Under the pieces are notes generated by a model. It worked only from the letters and a program-made list of their open reading frames with translations, was not told where the DNA came from and did not search any database. From Victivallaceae bacterium (GTDB lineage Bacteria; Verrucomicrobiota; Lentisphaeria; Victivallales; Victivallaceae), in NCBI GenBank assembly GCA_045653515.1, contig JAZOMB010000046.1:13114-77113 (forward strand): DNA of 64,000 nucleotides, written 5' to 3'. A program made the translations under genes and the position numbers. Below, one piece after another: positions 1-8,478 of this stretch (its first letter is position 1; each line of letters begins with the position of its first letter).

Positions 1-704
1 CGGTTATTGCTGAACGTTGTATTTTCAATAACACAATCTGTGAATTCATGGTAAGGATGATTGGGTTCAAAGTCGATTCCGGCTTCCGGAGAGAGGCCGC
101 GGGTGTTTCTGAATGAGCAGTTTCTGATCCGGAGTCCGATGACGGAGATGAGAGAAACCCCCTGACGTCCCTGATTGGAAACATCAAGGTTCTCGAGAGT
201 GATATTGCGGCACGATTTTTTCTTTGCATCCCGGATATAGAAACCGTCACCGCCGGAGCCCTGGAGTTTCAAATTTTTGATGGTGATGTTTGTACAGGCG
301 GCAAGCGAAAATGTGTGCCGCCATTCGGACTGGCTGTAAACGTTGCGGTTGAAGTAGTCATTTTCGTTGATAATTGCCGCATTCTTTTTTCCGGAAATGG
401 TGATGTCGCTGACATCTTTACCGTAAAACATTGCGTCTTTTATACCGTGAAATCCATTGTGACGCGCGCGGATCACCACATTTTCATCAATGACGATGTT
501 TTTATTGCTCCGCAGGATGAGCGGGTCGACGATCCAGTCGCTTCCCGTGTTGTCAATGATCAGATCACGATGTTCGGAATCCAGAGCCGCCTGGATGCAT
601 TTTGTGGCATTGATTTTATCAAAGCCGAAACTTGATACTTTTACCGGTGCGGCAATTACTGCTGCCGCCGCAAAAGCCGCAAAGATTGAAATGGTTGTTT
701 TCAT
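1..704 (-). CDS. secreted right-handed parallel beta-helix (pectate-lyase fold) protein; C-terminus cut by the window edge
   Basis: Absent from the ORF track because it runs off the window. Reverse-strand ATG at 704-702 opens MKTTISIFAAFAAAAVIAAPVKVSSFG (signal peptide). Beta-helix-like turns follow (DITISGKKNAAII, NITIKNLKLQGSGGDGFYI, NITLENLDVSNQGRQGVSL, LRIRNCSFRNT). No stop codon seen in my by-eye translation down to position 1. Confidence 0.6.
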   Translation of the reverse strand, partial: MKTTISIFAAFAAAAVIAAPVKVSSFGFDKINATKCIQAALDSEHRDLIIDNTGSDWIVDPLILRSNKNIVIDENVVIRARHNGFHGIKDAMFYGKDVSDITISGKKNAAIINENDYFNRNVYSQSEWRHTFSLAACTNITIKNLKLQGSGGDGFYIRDAKKKSCRNITLENLDVSNQGRQGVSLISVIGLRIRNCSFRNTRGLSPEAGIDFEPNHPYHEFTDCVIENTTFSNN

Positions 705-723
705 ATTTTCTCCTCTTTCTCTA

Positions 724-1512
724 TTATTTAATGCCCCAGGCTTTTTTCTGATGATCAGAAATATCTGGTTCAAGCGCCGCGTCCCAACCGTAATCTCCGT
801 AGCGGAAATCAGAATCGTCCTGGTTGTCAGGCAGGTTGTTGTTGAGTTTTATGGCGCGGACACTGCCGTCAACGAAGCTGCAATTCATCATCGGAGCCGT
901 TACGCTGCCGCCGGCATGGGTTGCGGGGGGATGGTTGTTTCTTGTCACCCAGTCAGAATGCAATCTTGCTTCTGAAGGAGTTTTCTGCAGTCCGTATTTG
1001 GGAATACGGTTCTTTTTCCCCGGCGTATTGATCATCACACTGCTGCAATAATAATTGGTTGCCGCATAGGAGTTGCTGTTGGCATCTACACCTTGAACTT
1101 CCCAGTTCGGATTGTAAACTTTCAGCATATCCATGCAAACAGTAATTTTTTCAATACGGGCAGCCAGACGTTTGCTGCCGCCTTTGGAGGAATCTTTACC
1201 AACACCGTGAAGCAGATACTCCAGCAGCGGATGGATTATCGGAGACGTGACCTTCATAACGTTAAAGTCTTTATGTCCTTTGATCCAGAAGTTTTTGCTG
1301 CCCCATTGCGGGAAATAGTCCTGATTATCCTGTGAATAACTTTGATACGCCGAAGCAATCGTTTTCAAATTATTCATGCAGCTCGTAGAACGTCCGCGAG
1401 CGCGTGCCTGTTGCAGGGCAGGAAGCAGAATTGCCGCCAGAATTGCGATTATCGCAATAACGACGAGCAGTTCAATCAAAGTGAATTTGGATTTTATCGA
1501 ATGTCGGAGCAT
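724..1512 (-). CDS. prepilin-type N-terminal cleavage/methylation domain protein (DUF1559-like pseudopilin-like)
   Basis: 262-aa ORF. N-terminus [29 protein letters not shown] is the class III signal/methylation motif. Only 19 nt separate it from the downstream beta-helix gene. Confidence 0.85.
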   Translation of the reverse strand: MLRHSIKSKFTLIELLVVIAIIAILAAILLPALQQARARGRSTSCMNNLKTIASAYQSYSQDNQDYFPQWGSKNFWIKGHKDFNVMKVTSPIIHPLLEYLLHGVGKDSSKGGSKRLAARIEKITVCMDMLKVYNPNWEVQGVDANSNSYAATNYYCSSVMINTPGKKNRIPKYGLQKTPSEARLHSDWVTRNNHPPATHAGGSVTAPMMNCSFVDGSVRAIKLNNNLPDNQDDSDFRYGDYGWDAALEPDISDHQKKAWGIK

Positions 1513-1555
1513 ATTTCCCCCTCGTGTTTGATATATACAATAATGCTCTGCACAT

Positions 1556-1584
1556 AATATACCTTTTGTTGCTTTTTAATGCAA
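1556..1584 (-). promoter_or_regulatory. sigma70-type promoter of the 1512-to-1 operon
   Basis: Minus strand reads TTGCAT (1584-1579), 17 nt, TATATT (1561-1556). It matches the promoter consensus that recurs across this window. Confidence 0.5.
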
Positions 1585-1614
1585 TATCTTCTCTTGGGAA
1601 AAAGATGTTGTTTT

Positions 1615-1643
1615 TTATCAAAAGCATATTATATTTTATCAAT
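1615..1643 (-). promoter_or_regulatory. two direct TTGATAA(A) half-sites 21 bp apart (putative activator site)
   Basis: Plus-strand TATCAA at 1616 and 1637. The proximal half-site starts 38 bp upstream of the -35 hexamer. The sequence is almost identical to the module at 36542-36570. Confidence 0.5.
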
Positions 1644-1882
1644 AGAAGTAAAGGCTGCGAAAATTATCAAATCATGCAATGCTTCGCACGTTACAATCAC
1701 AAAATCCGCATTTTCACCATTTAATATGCCGTTGACGGAGTTTTTATTTTTACTCATAACTCTACCTCCGACAATTTGCAAATTTTCCGGGATCGTGATG
1801 TGGTGTCCAACTCTTGCTTTTTATGAAATAATGCAGTATATTATCGGAAAATAATTTTGTGAACACAATGGAAATACCGATT

Positions 1883-2989
1883 ATGAAAAAAAATGTTTTT
1901 TACATATTGATGCCGTTTTGTGTGATATTGTGGAGCATACCGTTTAAAGCTGTTTGCTGCACCAGCTGGATGGTTTTTTCTGACTTGACCGGCAACAACA
2001 CCAATATTCTGCACAAAAATCGTGATTCTGCCAGCCGCAAAGTTTTTATCACTTCAAGTCAGGACGGGGCAAAACGCAAATGGATCGCGCTTGGCAGCGG
2101 CGGAGCCAATATCGGGTTTAATTCTTCCGGATTGGCCGGGGCAATGAATGCCGGTGAAAAATGTATTGATCCGCCGATTGTCAAAGGGAAAAAAAGTACT
2201 CCTAAAATGCTTCAGGTAATCTTGGAAGATTGCGATTCTGCTCTCAAAGCGGTTGAAAAATTGCAGCAGCTGATCAAAGACGGAGATTATTCACACGGTT
2301 CACGCGGTTCTATTTTTATGTTTATAGACAGCAGAGAGGGGTTTGTCTGCGAGATGACCGCCAAAGTTTGCAATGTGCAGCGTTTTGACCGCGGCTATAC
2401 TGTCCGGGCAAGCGTCTGGCATAATCCAGGTATGTATCGATATTCAAGAGAAGATGCTGATATTTATCTCAAAGCCAGTTCACGGGCATATATTGCGATA
2501 TCGGGACTTAACCGGATGCTTGATGAATATGGCAAAATCACGCCGGCGGGTATTTTTGAACATTCGCGGCATCATATCCCACCGCAAAAATCTCCGCTGC
2601 CGCGTTCCATTTGCGGCAAAACGACCAATTCCGCCGCAAGTATTGAGATCGACAAAGAGTACCCGGAAGTTCTTTCAACGATGTATGCCGCCATCGGTCA
2701 TCCGCGGCATACGGTTTATGTACCGATACCCATTGTTGCGGAAAATATTCCGATGGTGATGAAAAAACGTAAATGGTCGATGAAAGCGTTTACCCGCCTG
2801 GATCAACTCGGTCTGGATGCTTCTATCCCGCCAGCATGGACAAAATTTGAAAAAGAATCTATGGAACGATATGCTGCCGCCAAAGCCGAAGCCCGCAAAC
2901 TTCTCAAGTCCGGAAAACAAGCCGAGGCTGTTGCATTGCTGAACTCTGCAGCCTGGAAAATATGGAAAAAAGCCGCAAGTTTGTTGTAA
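1883..2989 (+). CDS. secreted Ntn-hydrolase-like protein (peptidase C45 / acyltransferase-like)
   Basis: ORF 1859-2989. The ATG at 1883 gives a clean signal peptide, MKKNVFYILMPFCVILWSIPFKAV, followed by CCTSWMVF (candidate N-terminal nucleophile Cys) and LHKNRDS. Family assignment is tentative. Confidence 0.45.
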   Translation: MKKNVFYILMPFCVILWSIPFKAVCCTSWMVFSDLTGNNTNILHKNRDSASRKVFITSSQDGAKRKWIALGSGGANIGFNSSGLAGAMNAGEKCIDPPIVKGKKSTPKMLQVILEDCDSALKAVEKLQQLIKDGDYSHGSRGSIFMFIDSREGFVCEMTAKVCNVQRFDRGYTVRASVWHNPGMYRYSREDADIYLKASSRAYIAISGLNRMLDEYGKITPAGIFEHSRHHIPPQKSPLPRSICGKTTNSAASIEIDKEYPEVLSTMYAAIGHPRHTVYVPIPIVAENIPMVMKKRKWSMKAFTRLDQLGLDASIPPAWTKFEKESMERYAAAKAEARKLLKSGKQAEAVALLNSAAWKIWKKAASLL

Positions 2990-3048
2990 ATGAAAGGCTC
3001 TTTTTACAAAATATTCTCTCTGGATATCGGTGAATATCCACACCGTTG

Positions 3049-4491
3049 TCAGCGGTCGGCAAAGAGGCCGTAATTTATTTTACATTGATCTCCGTAATTC
3101 CGCACCCGCAGAAATCTTACCTGCCAGCCAGATTTGATCTCTTCCTTTTTTACAGGAATGCAATTGTAAATCCGGGCAGCGGCGGAGATATTCAGCTTGA
3201 CCGTTTTTTTCCCTTCGAGAATCCAGCTGTCATCGCATTTTTTCAAGATTCCACGGATACCGGGGATGTCTTTCGAATCTTTTCCGGGAAATATGATCTG
3301 TTTGCATTCAAGTATGCCGTCAGCACCATTTTTACCGGAAACGATCACGGTTCTGCCCGCGCTGGAAGCGGTTATTTCTGCTTTGGTCAATTTTTCAAGT
3401 TTCATATCAAAGGCCGCATCAAAACGGCTTTCCCGACCGGAAGATACAATCGTAAATCCCTGCTTCGTGTTGTCAACTTTTCCGTCAGAAAAAGTGGAAA
3501 TGCCATAAAATGCTGATTCCGGATGAGCCTTTTCAAATTTCTCCAGTGCAATGAACCGCTTTTCCGCCTCCTTTGGAGAAAGATTTTTCAGAAATCTGTC
3601 ATAAAAGGCCAACACTCTCTGGCGGACCATCCGCGGCAGCGGTTTACCGCGCCATCTCTGCAAATTGAATACATGGCCGAAACCATCAAGCAGGATATAT
3701 TCGTTATAAACTCCGTGCCGATCCAACTCTTTTTTCATGAGTTCGGCCTGACTGAAATGAACCAAATTGTCTTCAGTAGCATAGATCTGCAGCATAGGAG
3801 GGTCGTTTGCATCCACCAGTTCCGCCGGAGAGCTGCGAATCCACTCTGCGCGATTCTGCTGCGGAGTGAATCCCATGACCTGAATCCTGTATTTACTCAA
3901 ATTGTTTCCGATTCTGAAGCCGGCGAAATCCATAACTCCGTACAAATTTACGCAAGCCTGAACAGAACTGTCCGCCTTTTCTCCGGAACCAGCCGGTTCC
4001 AGCCCGACGTCGGCTCCGGCAACACTGAGCAACGCGGCAAGATGTCCGCCGGCAGAACCGCCGATACAGCCGATTTTTCCGGGATCAAGATGCAAATCTT
4101 CCGCATTTTTTCGCAACCACAGAACCGCCTTTTTACAGTCCTGAATATTTACCGGAAAGGTTTTGCCGTATTTTGCCAGATTTTCCGGAGTTGCCAGGCG
4201 GTAATCAATGCTGATACAGACATATCCCATACGGGCAAGATTGGTACCTATATTGATTTCCCGATCAGCGTTGCGGATGCCGCGGCACCAGCTGCCGCCG
4301 TGGATGATGACGATGCCGGGAAATTTATCCCCCGGACGCGGATTCGCGGGATAATAGAGATCCATACGCTCACTCCGGCCCTTTTCAAGGAACTCCAGAT
4401 TTTCTTTTATTCCCACCCGATAGATCACCGGTTCTGCAAATGCGAAAAAACTGCAGAAAAGCAGTCCCCACGACAACACCCGTTTCAACAT
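3049..4491 (-). CDS. secreted alpha/beta-hydrolase esterase with an extra C-terminal domain
   Basis: 480 aa with a signal peptide. Oxyanion motif VIIHGGSW and nucleophile elbow GGSAGGHLA. The roughly 170-aa C-terminal extension was not recognised. Confidence 0.8.
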   Translation of the reverse strand: MLKRVLSWGLLFCSFFAFAEPVIYRVGIKENLEFLEKGRSERMDLYYPANPRPGDKFPGIVIIHGGSWCRGIRNADREINIGTNLARMGYVCISIDYRLATPENLAKYGKTFPVNIQDCKKAVLWLRKNAEDLHLDPGKIGCIGGSAGGHLAALLSVAGADVGLEPAGSGEKADSSVQACVNLYGVMDFAGFRIGNNLSKYRIQVMGFTPQQNRAEWIRSSPAELVDANDPPMLQIYATEDNLVHFSQAELMKKELDRHGVYNEYILLDGFGHVFNLQRWRGKPLPRMVRQRVLAFYDRFLKNLSPKEAEKRFIALEKFEKAHPESAFYGISTFSDGKVDNTKQGFTIVSSGRESRFDAAFDMKLEKLTKAEITASSAGRTVIVSGKNGADGILECKQIIFPGKDSKDIPGIRGILKKCDDSWILEGKKTVKLNISAAARIYNCIPVKKEEIKSGWQVRFLRVRNYGDQCKINYGLFADR

Positions 4492-4618
4492 ATTGACGAT
4501 TCTCCTGATAAGTTTTCTGAAAATGATGTCCCGAATTTTATGACCGGACGTTCATAGCTTAATATAGCACGAAATGCCAAAGATTGAAAGCCGAAATGGC
4601 GAAAAAGTGTCGCGGAGG

Positions 4619-4948
4619 TTATTTTTTCTTGTTGACTATGCTGGTAATTACCCGGACTGTTAAATGAACAAGAAAAACCGGGATGGATGTTATCCATAAA
4701 TAAAGCCAACCGAAAAATAAAGCAAATGCCCCTTCGGGACCTTGCAGACTCATCGGATCCAGCAAATATCGGAGATAAATAATTCCATTGGTTACACTCC
4801 AGGATAAAAGCGAATACAAGAATATCGCAAGTAACACCCTGCTGCCCCTGAAAAACTGTCGATACTTATCAAACAGCAAGCACGCCGATAACGGAAATAT
4901 CACAAAGAAAAAAGTCAGAAATATGTAAACAGTAAAATTCATTGTCAA
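4619..4948 (-). CDS. small integral membrane protein (hypothetical)
   Basis: 109 aa with three hydrophobic segments. It has its own promoter at 4976-5004. Confidence 0.5.
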   Translation of the reverse strand: MTMNFTVYIFLTFFFVIFPLSACLLFDKYRQFFRGSRVLLAIFLYSLLSWSVTNGIIYLRYLLDPMSLQGPEGAFALFFGWLYLWITSIPVFLVHLTVRVITSIVNKKK

Positions 4949-4975
4949 TTCTTTACAACGTTCATATTTATTGTT

Positions 4976-5004
4976 AACATACCATCTCCCGCAGGCGTTT
5001 GCAA
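4976..5004 (-). promoter_or_regulatory. sigma70-type promoter (TTGCAA, 17 nt, TATGTT)
   Basis: Minus strand reads TTGCAA-ACGCCTGCGGGAGATGG-TATGTT. The spacer differs at only 1 nt from the promoter at 6397-6425. Confidence 0.5.
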
Positions 5005-5042
5005 GTGCGGATGAGGCTTTTCGGATTGATTATATTACCCTT

Positions 5043-5444
5043 TTACATTGCATCCTGTATATAAGATGTTTTCTGGGAAATGACTTTGCTGTTTTTATCA
5101 AAGATCACCTCGTAGAAATCCCGTGCCAGTACGAGAGTGAAAAAGTTGCGGCTGGTAAAATACCCGCTTAATGCTGGGGCTTGCTGAATACGTTTATCAG
5201 CCAGAGCTTCATCTACTGTTTTGAAATAGAGATTGTTGCAACAATGATAAGGCGGAGTATTTTTCAAAGGTGTGCAAATATTTATATGCGTCCCCCAGGC
5301 CTTTTCCGGATTGGATGCAAATATTCTGACAACCTCTTCCCGGCTTTTTCCAACAAGGTTTATTTCCGGCAGTTTGGAAAAACACCCTGACAGAAAAAAA
5401 GAACAGAGAGAACAAAAAAGAATGAATAAAAACTTTTTCAGCAT
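5043..5444 (-). CDS. lipoprotein, SmpA/OmlA (BamE)-like single domain (hypothetical)
   Basis: 133 aa. Lipobox FFLSGC. Segments GKSREEVVRIF ... YEVIFDKNSKVISQ resemble the N-terminal domain of the upstream gene. A 2-nt gap from 5447-6364 suggests an operon. Confidence 0.5.
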   Translation of the reverse strand: MLKKFLFILFCSLCSFFLSGCFSKLPEINLVGKSREEVVRIFASNPEKAWGTHINICTPLKNTPPYHCCNNLYFKTVDEALADKRIQQAPALSGYFTSRNFFTLVLARDFYEVIFDKNSKVISQKTSYIQDAM

Positions 5445-5446
5445 GG

Positions 5447-6364
5447 TTATTTTTCCTTATTCAAAACTGCCGCCTTGATCTTCTTCCAATCCGTTTTGCG
5501 GAGCAGAGCCGGAATGTTGGTATAGATATTTTTGTGATGACCGTATTTGGGTTTCATCAATTCAGAAATGGCGTCTTCCACGCTCCAATTTTCAAAAACG
5601 ATGCGGTATGCGGCAACGGCACAGCCTGTGCGGTCACTACCGTGCCAGCAATGGATCAATAAGGGTTTCGGAGCATCCCGGGTGACCGTCAGAATTTTAT
5701 AAAGATCCGCTTCGGAGATCTCTCCGGTATCAAGGGGCTTCTCATACAAAGCGACTGCATTTTTCCATCTTTTATTGACGGCATCGATTTCATCCTTGTC
5801 ACTGTTGTTTTCCCGCAGATTCAGCACACTGCGGATGCCGTTAAAGGAATAGAGCGACTTGTATTCATCCTCATCCGGCTGTCCGGAACGGTAAAGATTT
5901 TCGTTGACTTTATGAAAGTTTTTCGGGAATTGGGGATAAGGGGATTCCCCAGCTTCTCCGTAAACCCAATAGTAATTTCTCAAATTGCGCTGCTCAATAA
6001 CCCGTCCATCTTTGAATTTCAGATTTACGAAATACCATTTGGCAAAAATTCCGTTCCATCCGAGGAGCCAATGTCTTTGCGGAAAGAAACTGCAGCGCCA
6101 TTCCTTTGCCGACATCATAAATTTGTCAGCGGTAACAGCGACGGCATTTTTATACTTTCTGCTGTACATCTGTCTTTGCAGAACTTCAATATGGAATGTG
6201 TCCCCACTCCAGCGGTCACGAAACGCGTTTTTTTCCAGATGTGCCGCAACTTCTGCTTTGGTCATTCCGATATAATTGTGTTCCGGCACACTGCAGCCTC
6301 CCGCGAGGCAAATGATCATCAAACCGCACAGCAGACTGCAAATACTGATTTTTTTCATATTCAC
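5447..6364 (-). CDS. lipoprotein with a C-terminal Cys-based protein tyrosine / dual-specificity phosphatase domain
   Basis: 305 aa. Lipobox LAGGC. CX5R active-site loop HCWHGSDRTGCAVAAYR. Confidence 0.75.
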   Translation of the reverse strand: MNMKKISICSLLCGLMIICLAGGCSVPEHNYIGMTKAEVAAHLEKNAFRDRWSGDTFHIEVLQRQMYSRKYKNAVAVTADKFMMSAKEWRCSFFPQRHWLLGWNGIFAKWYFVNLKFKDGRVIEQRNLRNYYWVYGEAGESPYPQFPKNFHKVNENLYRSGQPDEDEYKSLYSFNGIRSVLNLRENNSDKDEIDAVNKRWKNAVALYEKPLDTGEISEADLYKILTVTRDAPKPLLIHCWHGSDRTGCAVAAYRIVFENWSVEDAISELMKPKYGHHKNIYTNIPALLRKTDWKKIKAAVLNKEK

Positions 6365-6396
6365 TTCTCCATCCGCAAATTAACCGTCTCATTGGT

Positions 6397-6425
6397 AATA
6401 TACCATCACCCGCAGGCGTTTGCAA
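6397..6425 (-). promoter_or_regulatory. sigma70-type promoter (TTGCAA, 17 nt, TATATT)
   Basis: Minus strand reads TTGCAA-ACGCCTGCGGGTGATGG-TATATT, about 30 nt upstream of the ATG at 6364. Confidence 0.5.
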
Positions 6426-6508
6426 CTACGAAAAGAAAAATCTTTGCGTTTTAAGAGGCGTGGATTATGGAAATTTCTGATTTAATCAAATTATCAGATG
6501 ATTTTTGG

Positions 6509-6757
6509 TTAAAAATGCCGTTTGATAAAAGCTCTGCCGCAATGAGTCTTCAAGTAGGCTTCAAAGGCGTAGGCTTTTTCGCGGTCATCAAATGCAATCG
6601 CATTTTTGATACGCTACGGTTTGAATTTGGATGTGTGCGGAACATCGCCTTTATTGTGTTTCTCTAGGCGGGATTTCAAATCTTCTGTGCAGTCGATGTA
6701 GAAGTGAGTTCCGGTTGCTTCGTCAACGAGAATGTAAACGTAATAGAAGTTGGACAT
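6509..6757 (-). pseudogene. GIY-YIG nuclease family gene interrupted by an in-frame TAG
   Basis: Minus-strand translation gives MSNFYYVYILVDEATGTHFYIDCTEDLKSRLEKHNKGDVPHTSKFKP*RIKNAIAFDDREKAYAFEAYLKTHCGRAFIKRHF*. This is the small stand-alone GIY-YIG layout. The stop at 6616-6614 sits where I would expect a Trp from memory of the family, which would imply TGG to TAG. Confidence 0.65.
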
Positions 6758-6894
6758 AGGGTATTTTACTGAAGATTGGCGTTATCGGTAATGCTTGCCG
6801 AGGCCCGGCTTCATCTGCTGCGCAGATTACGCCGCGGCAGTCTTCCCCTCCGGGTTCGCTCGTCAACCCATTTGCTGCGCAACTGGCTTGCCGA

Positions 6895-6918
6895 GGGGAA
6901 ATCTCGGCTTTGCCGAGA
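6895..6918 (-). terminator. intrinsic terminator after tRNA-Val
   Basis: Minus strand reads TCTCGGC-AAA-GCCGAGA followed by TTTCCCC, starting 8 nt after the tRNA CCA end. Confidence 0.45.
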
Positions 6919-6925
6919 TGAAGAC

Positions 6926-7002
<77 letters not shown>

Positions 7003-7135
7003 GGAAATTTTACAGTTTCATAATATATAGTGCCTGTGCCATTTTGTCAAGTTCAAAAAATTTATTTTTTTTGCCGCCAACTTTGCACCGCATTTTCATT
7101 TTTACCGGATATACGGGAAAAATATGTTTTTTTGC

Positions 7136-7164
7136 TTGCAATTTGCCCGCTTGTCTATTATATT
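7136..7164 (+). promoter_or_regulatory. sigma70-type promoter for the 7211-11457 gene cluster
   Basis: TTGCAA (7136-7141), 17 nt, TATATT (7159-7164). Confidence 0.5.
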
Positions 7165-7210
7165 AATATGTATTTATGTACATATCTAAACAAATTTATG
7201 GAGAATTATT

Positions 7211-8455
7211 ATGGCTAAAGTTGTGAAACTCGGTATTATCGGTCTCGGCGCCCGCGCTGAAACCCTTTTGGCAACCCTCAACGAACTGCGCCAGGCTGAT
7301 ATTGAAGTGACTGCGATCTGCGATGTCCGTCAGGAACGTATCGACCGCATCCTGTCCATCCTCGCTTCCCGCAATGCCCCCAAGCCCGAAGCCTACACCG
7401 ACTACCGTCCGCTGATCGCCTCCGACAATGTTGATGCCGTTCTCGTTCCCACCTCCTGGAACTCCCACCTCAAGATCGCCGAAGAAGCTATGGCGCACGG
7501 CAAATATGCCGGTATCGAAGTCGGCGGTGCCGCCAGCGTTGACGAATTGTGGCACCTTGTTCACGCCGCTGAAGCCACCGGTGTTTCCTGTATGATGCTG
7601 GAAAACTGCTGCTACGGCCGTAACGAACTTATGACCCTCAACCTCGTCCGCAAAGGTATGTTCGGTGAGCTTATCCACTGCTCCTGCGGTTACGAACACG
7701 ATCTGGCGGAAATGGCCCGTCTCGACGGCAACCGCGCTGAACGCGAAGCTCACAACTACCGCCGCTGCGGCGACCTTTACCCGACCCACGGTATCGGTCC
7801 CATTGCCAAGATCCTCCGCATCAACCGAGGCAACCGTTTCGTCTCTCTGACCAGTACCGCCAGCAAAGGCCGCGGCTTTATGCTCGAAGCCGAACGCTAT
7901 GGCCGCGGTAAAGTCTTCTACAATCAGGGCGATATCGTCACCACCGTCATCAAATGCGCCAACGGTGAAACCATCACTATGACTCACGGTGTTTCTCTGC
8001 CCCGTCCCTATTCCCGCGACTGCCGCGTTCAGGGTACCAAAGGTATCTGGCTCGAAGACGCCAAGGGCATCTACATCGAAGGTATCAGCCCCAAGTTTGA
8101 AAAGCTCGACGTTGCCGGCAACCCCTACATGACCCACCAGTGGACTCCGGTCGCTGATATGTATGAAGAATATGACCACCCGATCTGGAAGAAGTTCCGT
8201 GAAGATATCGTCGGCGGTCACGGCGGTATGGATGCTCTGACGCTTCAGGCGTTCTGCGAAGCTGTCCGCAACCGCAGCGTTCCGCCGATCGACGTTTACG
8301 ACTGCGCCGCCTGGATGTGTCTGACCTGTCTTTCCGAACAGTCTATCGCCTGCGGCAGTATGCCGATGCCGATTCCGGACTTCACCAACGGTAAATGGAT
8401 CTATGAAGATGTCGTGACCACAGGCAAGTGGTCTCTCGATGAGGTTTATGAATAA
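7211..8455 (+). CDS. Gfo/Idh/MocA-family NAD-binding oxidoreductase (possibly a GH109-like glycosidase)
   Basis: 414 aa. N-terminal Rossmann motif KLGIIGLGARAE. The C-terminal alpha/beta domain is typical of the family. No signal peptide. Confidence 0.75.
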   Translation: MAKVVKLGIIGLGARAETLLATLNELRQADIEVTAICDVRQERIDRILSILASRNAPKPEAYTDYRPLIASDNVDAVLVPTSWNSHLKIAEEAMAHGKYAGIEVGGAASVDELWHLVHAAEATGVSCMMLENCCYGRNELMTLNLVRKGMFGELIHCSCGYEHDLAEMARLDGNRAEREAHNYRRCGDLYPTHGIGPIAKILRINRGNRFVSLTSTASKGRGFMLEAERYGRGKVFYNQGDIVTTVIKCANGETITMTHGVSLPRPYSRDCRVQGTKGIWLEDAKGIYIEGISPKFEKLDVAGNPYMTHQWTPVADMYEEYDHPIWKKFREDIVGGHGGMDALTLQAFCEAVRNRSVPPIDVYDCAAWMCLTCLSEQSIACGSMPMPIPDFTNGKWIYEDVVTTGKWSLDEVYE

Positions 8456-8478
8456 TTTATTTTGAAAGGGGTTGGATT

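Noticed and set aside
6467-6667. 66-aa plus-strand ORF
   Set aside because: It is antisense to the recognisable GIY-YIG frame and has no motif of its own.
6758-6894. Repeated CCTCGGCAAGC and TGCGCAGCA motifs downstream of tRNA-Val as a second tRNA-fragment repeat array
   Set aside because: The motifs are short direct repeats in A-B...B-A order. They have no convincing similarity to the tRNA-Val 3' end or to the 39635-39870 units, so the evidence is insufficient.
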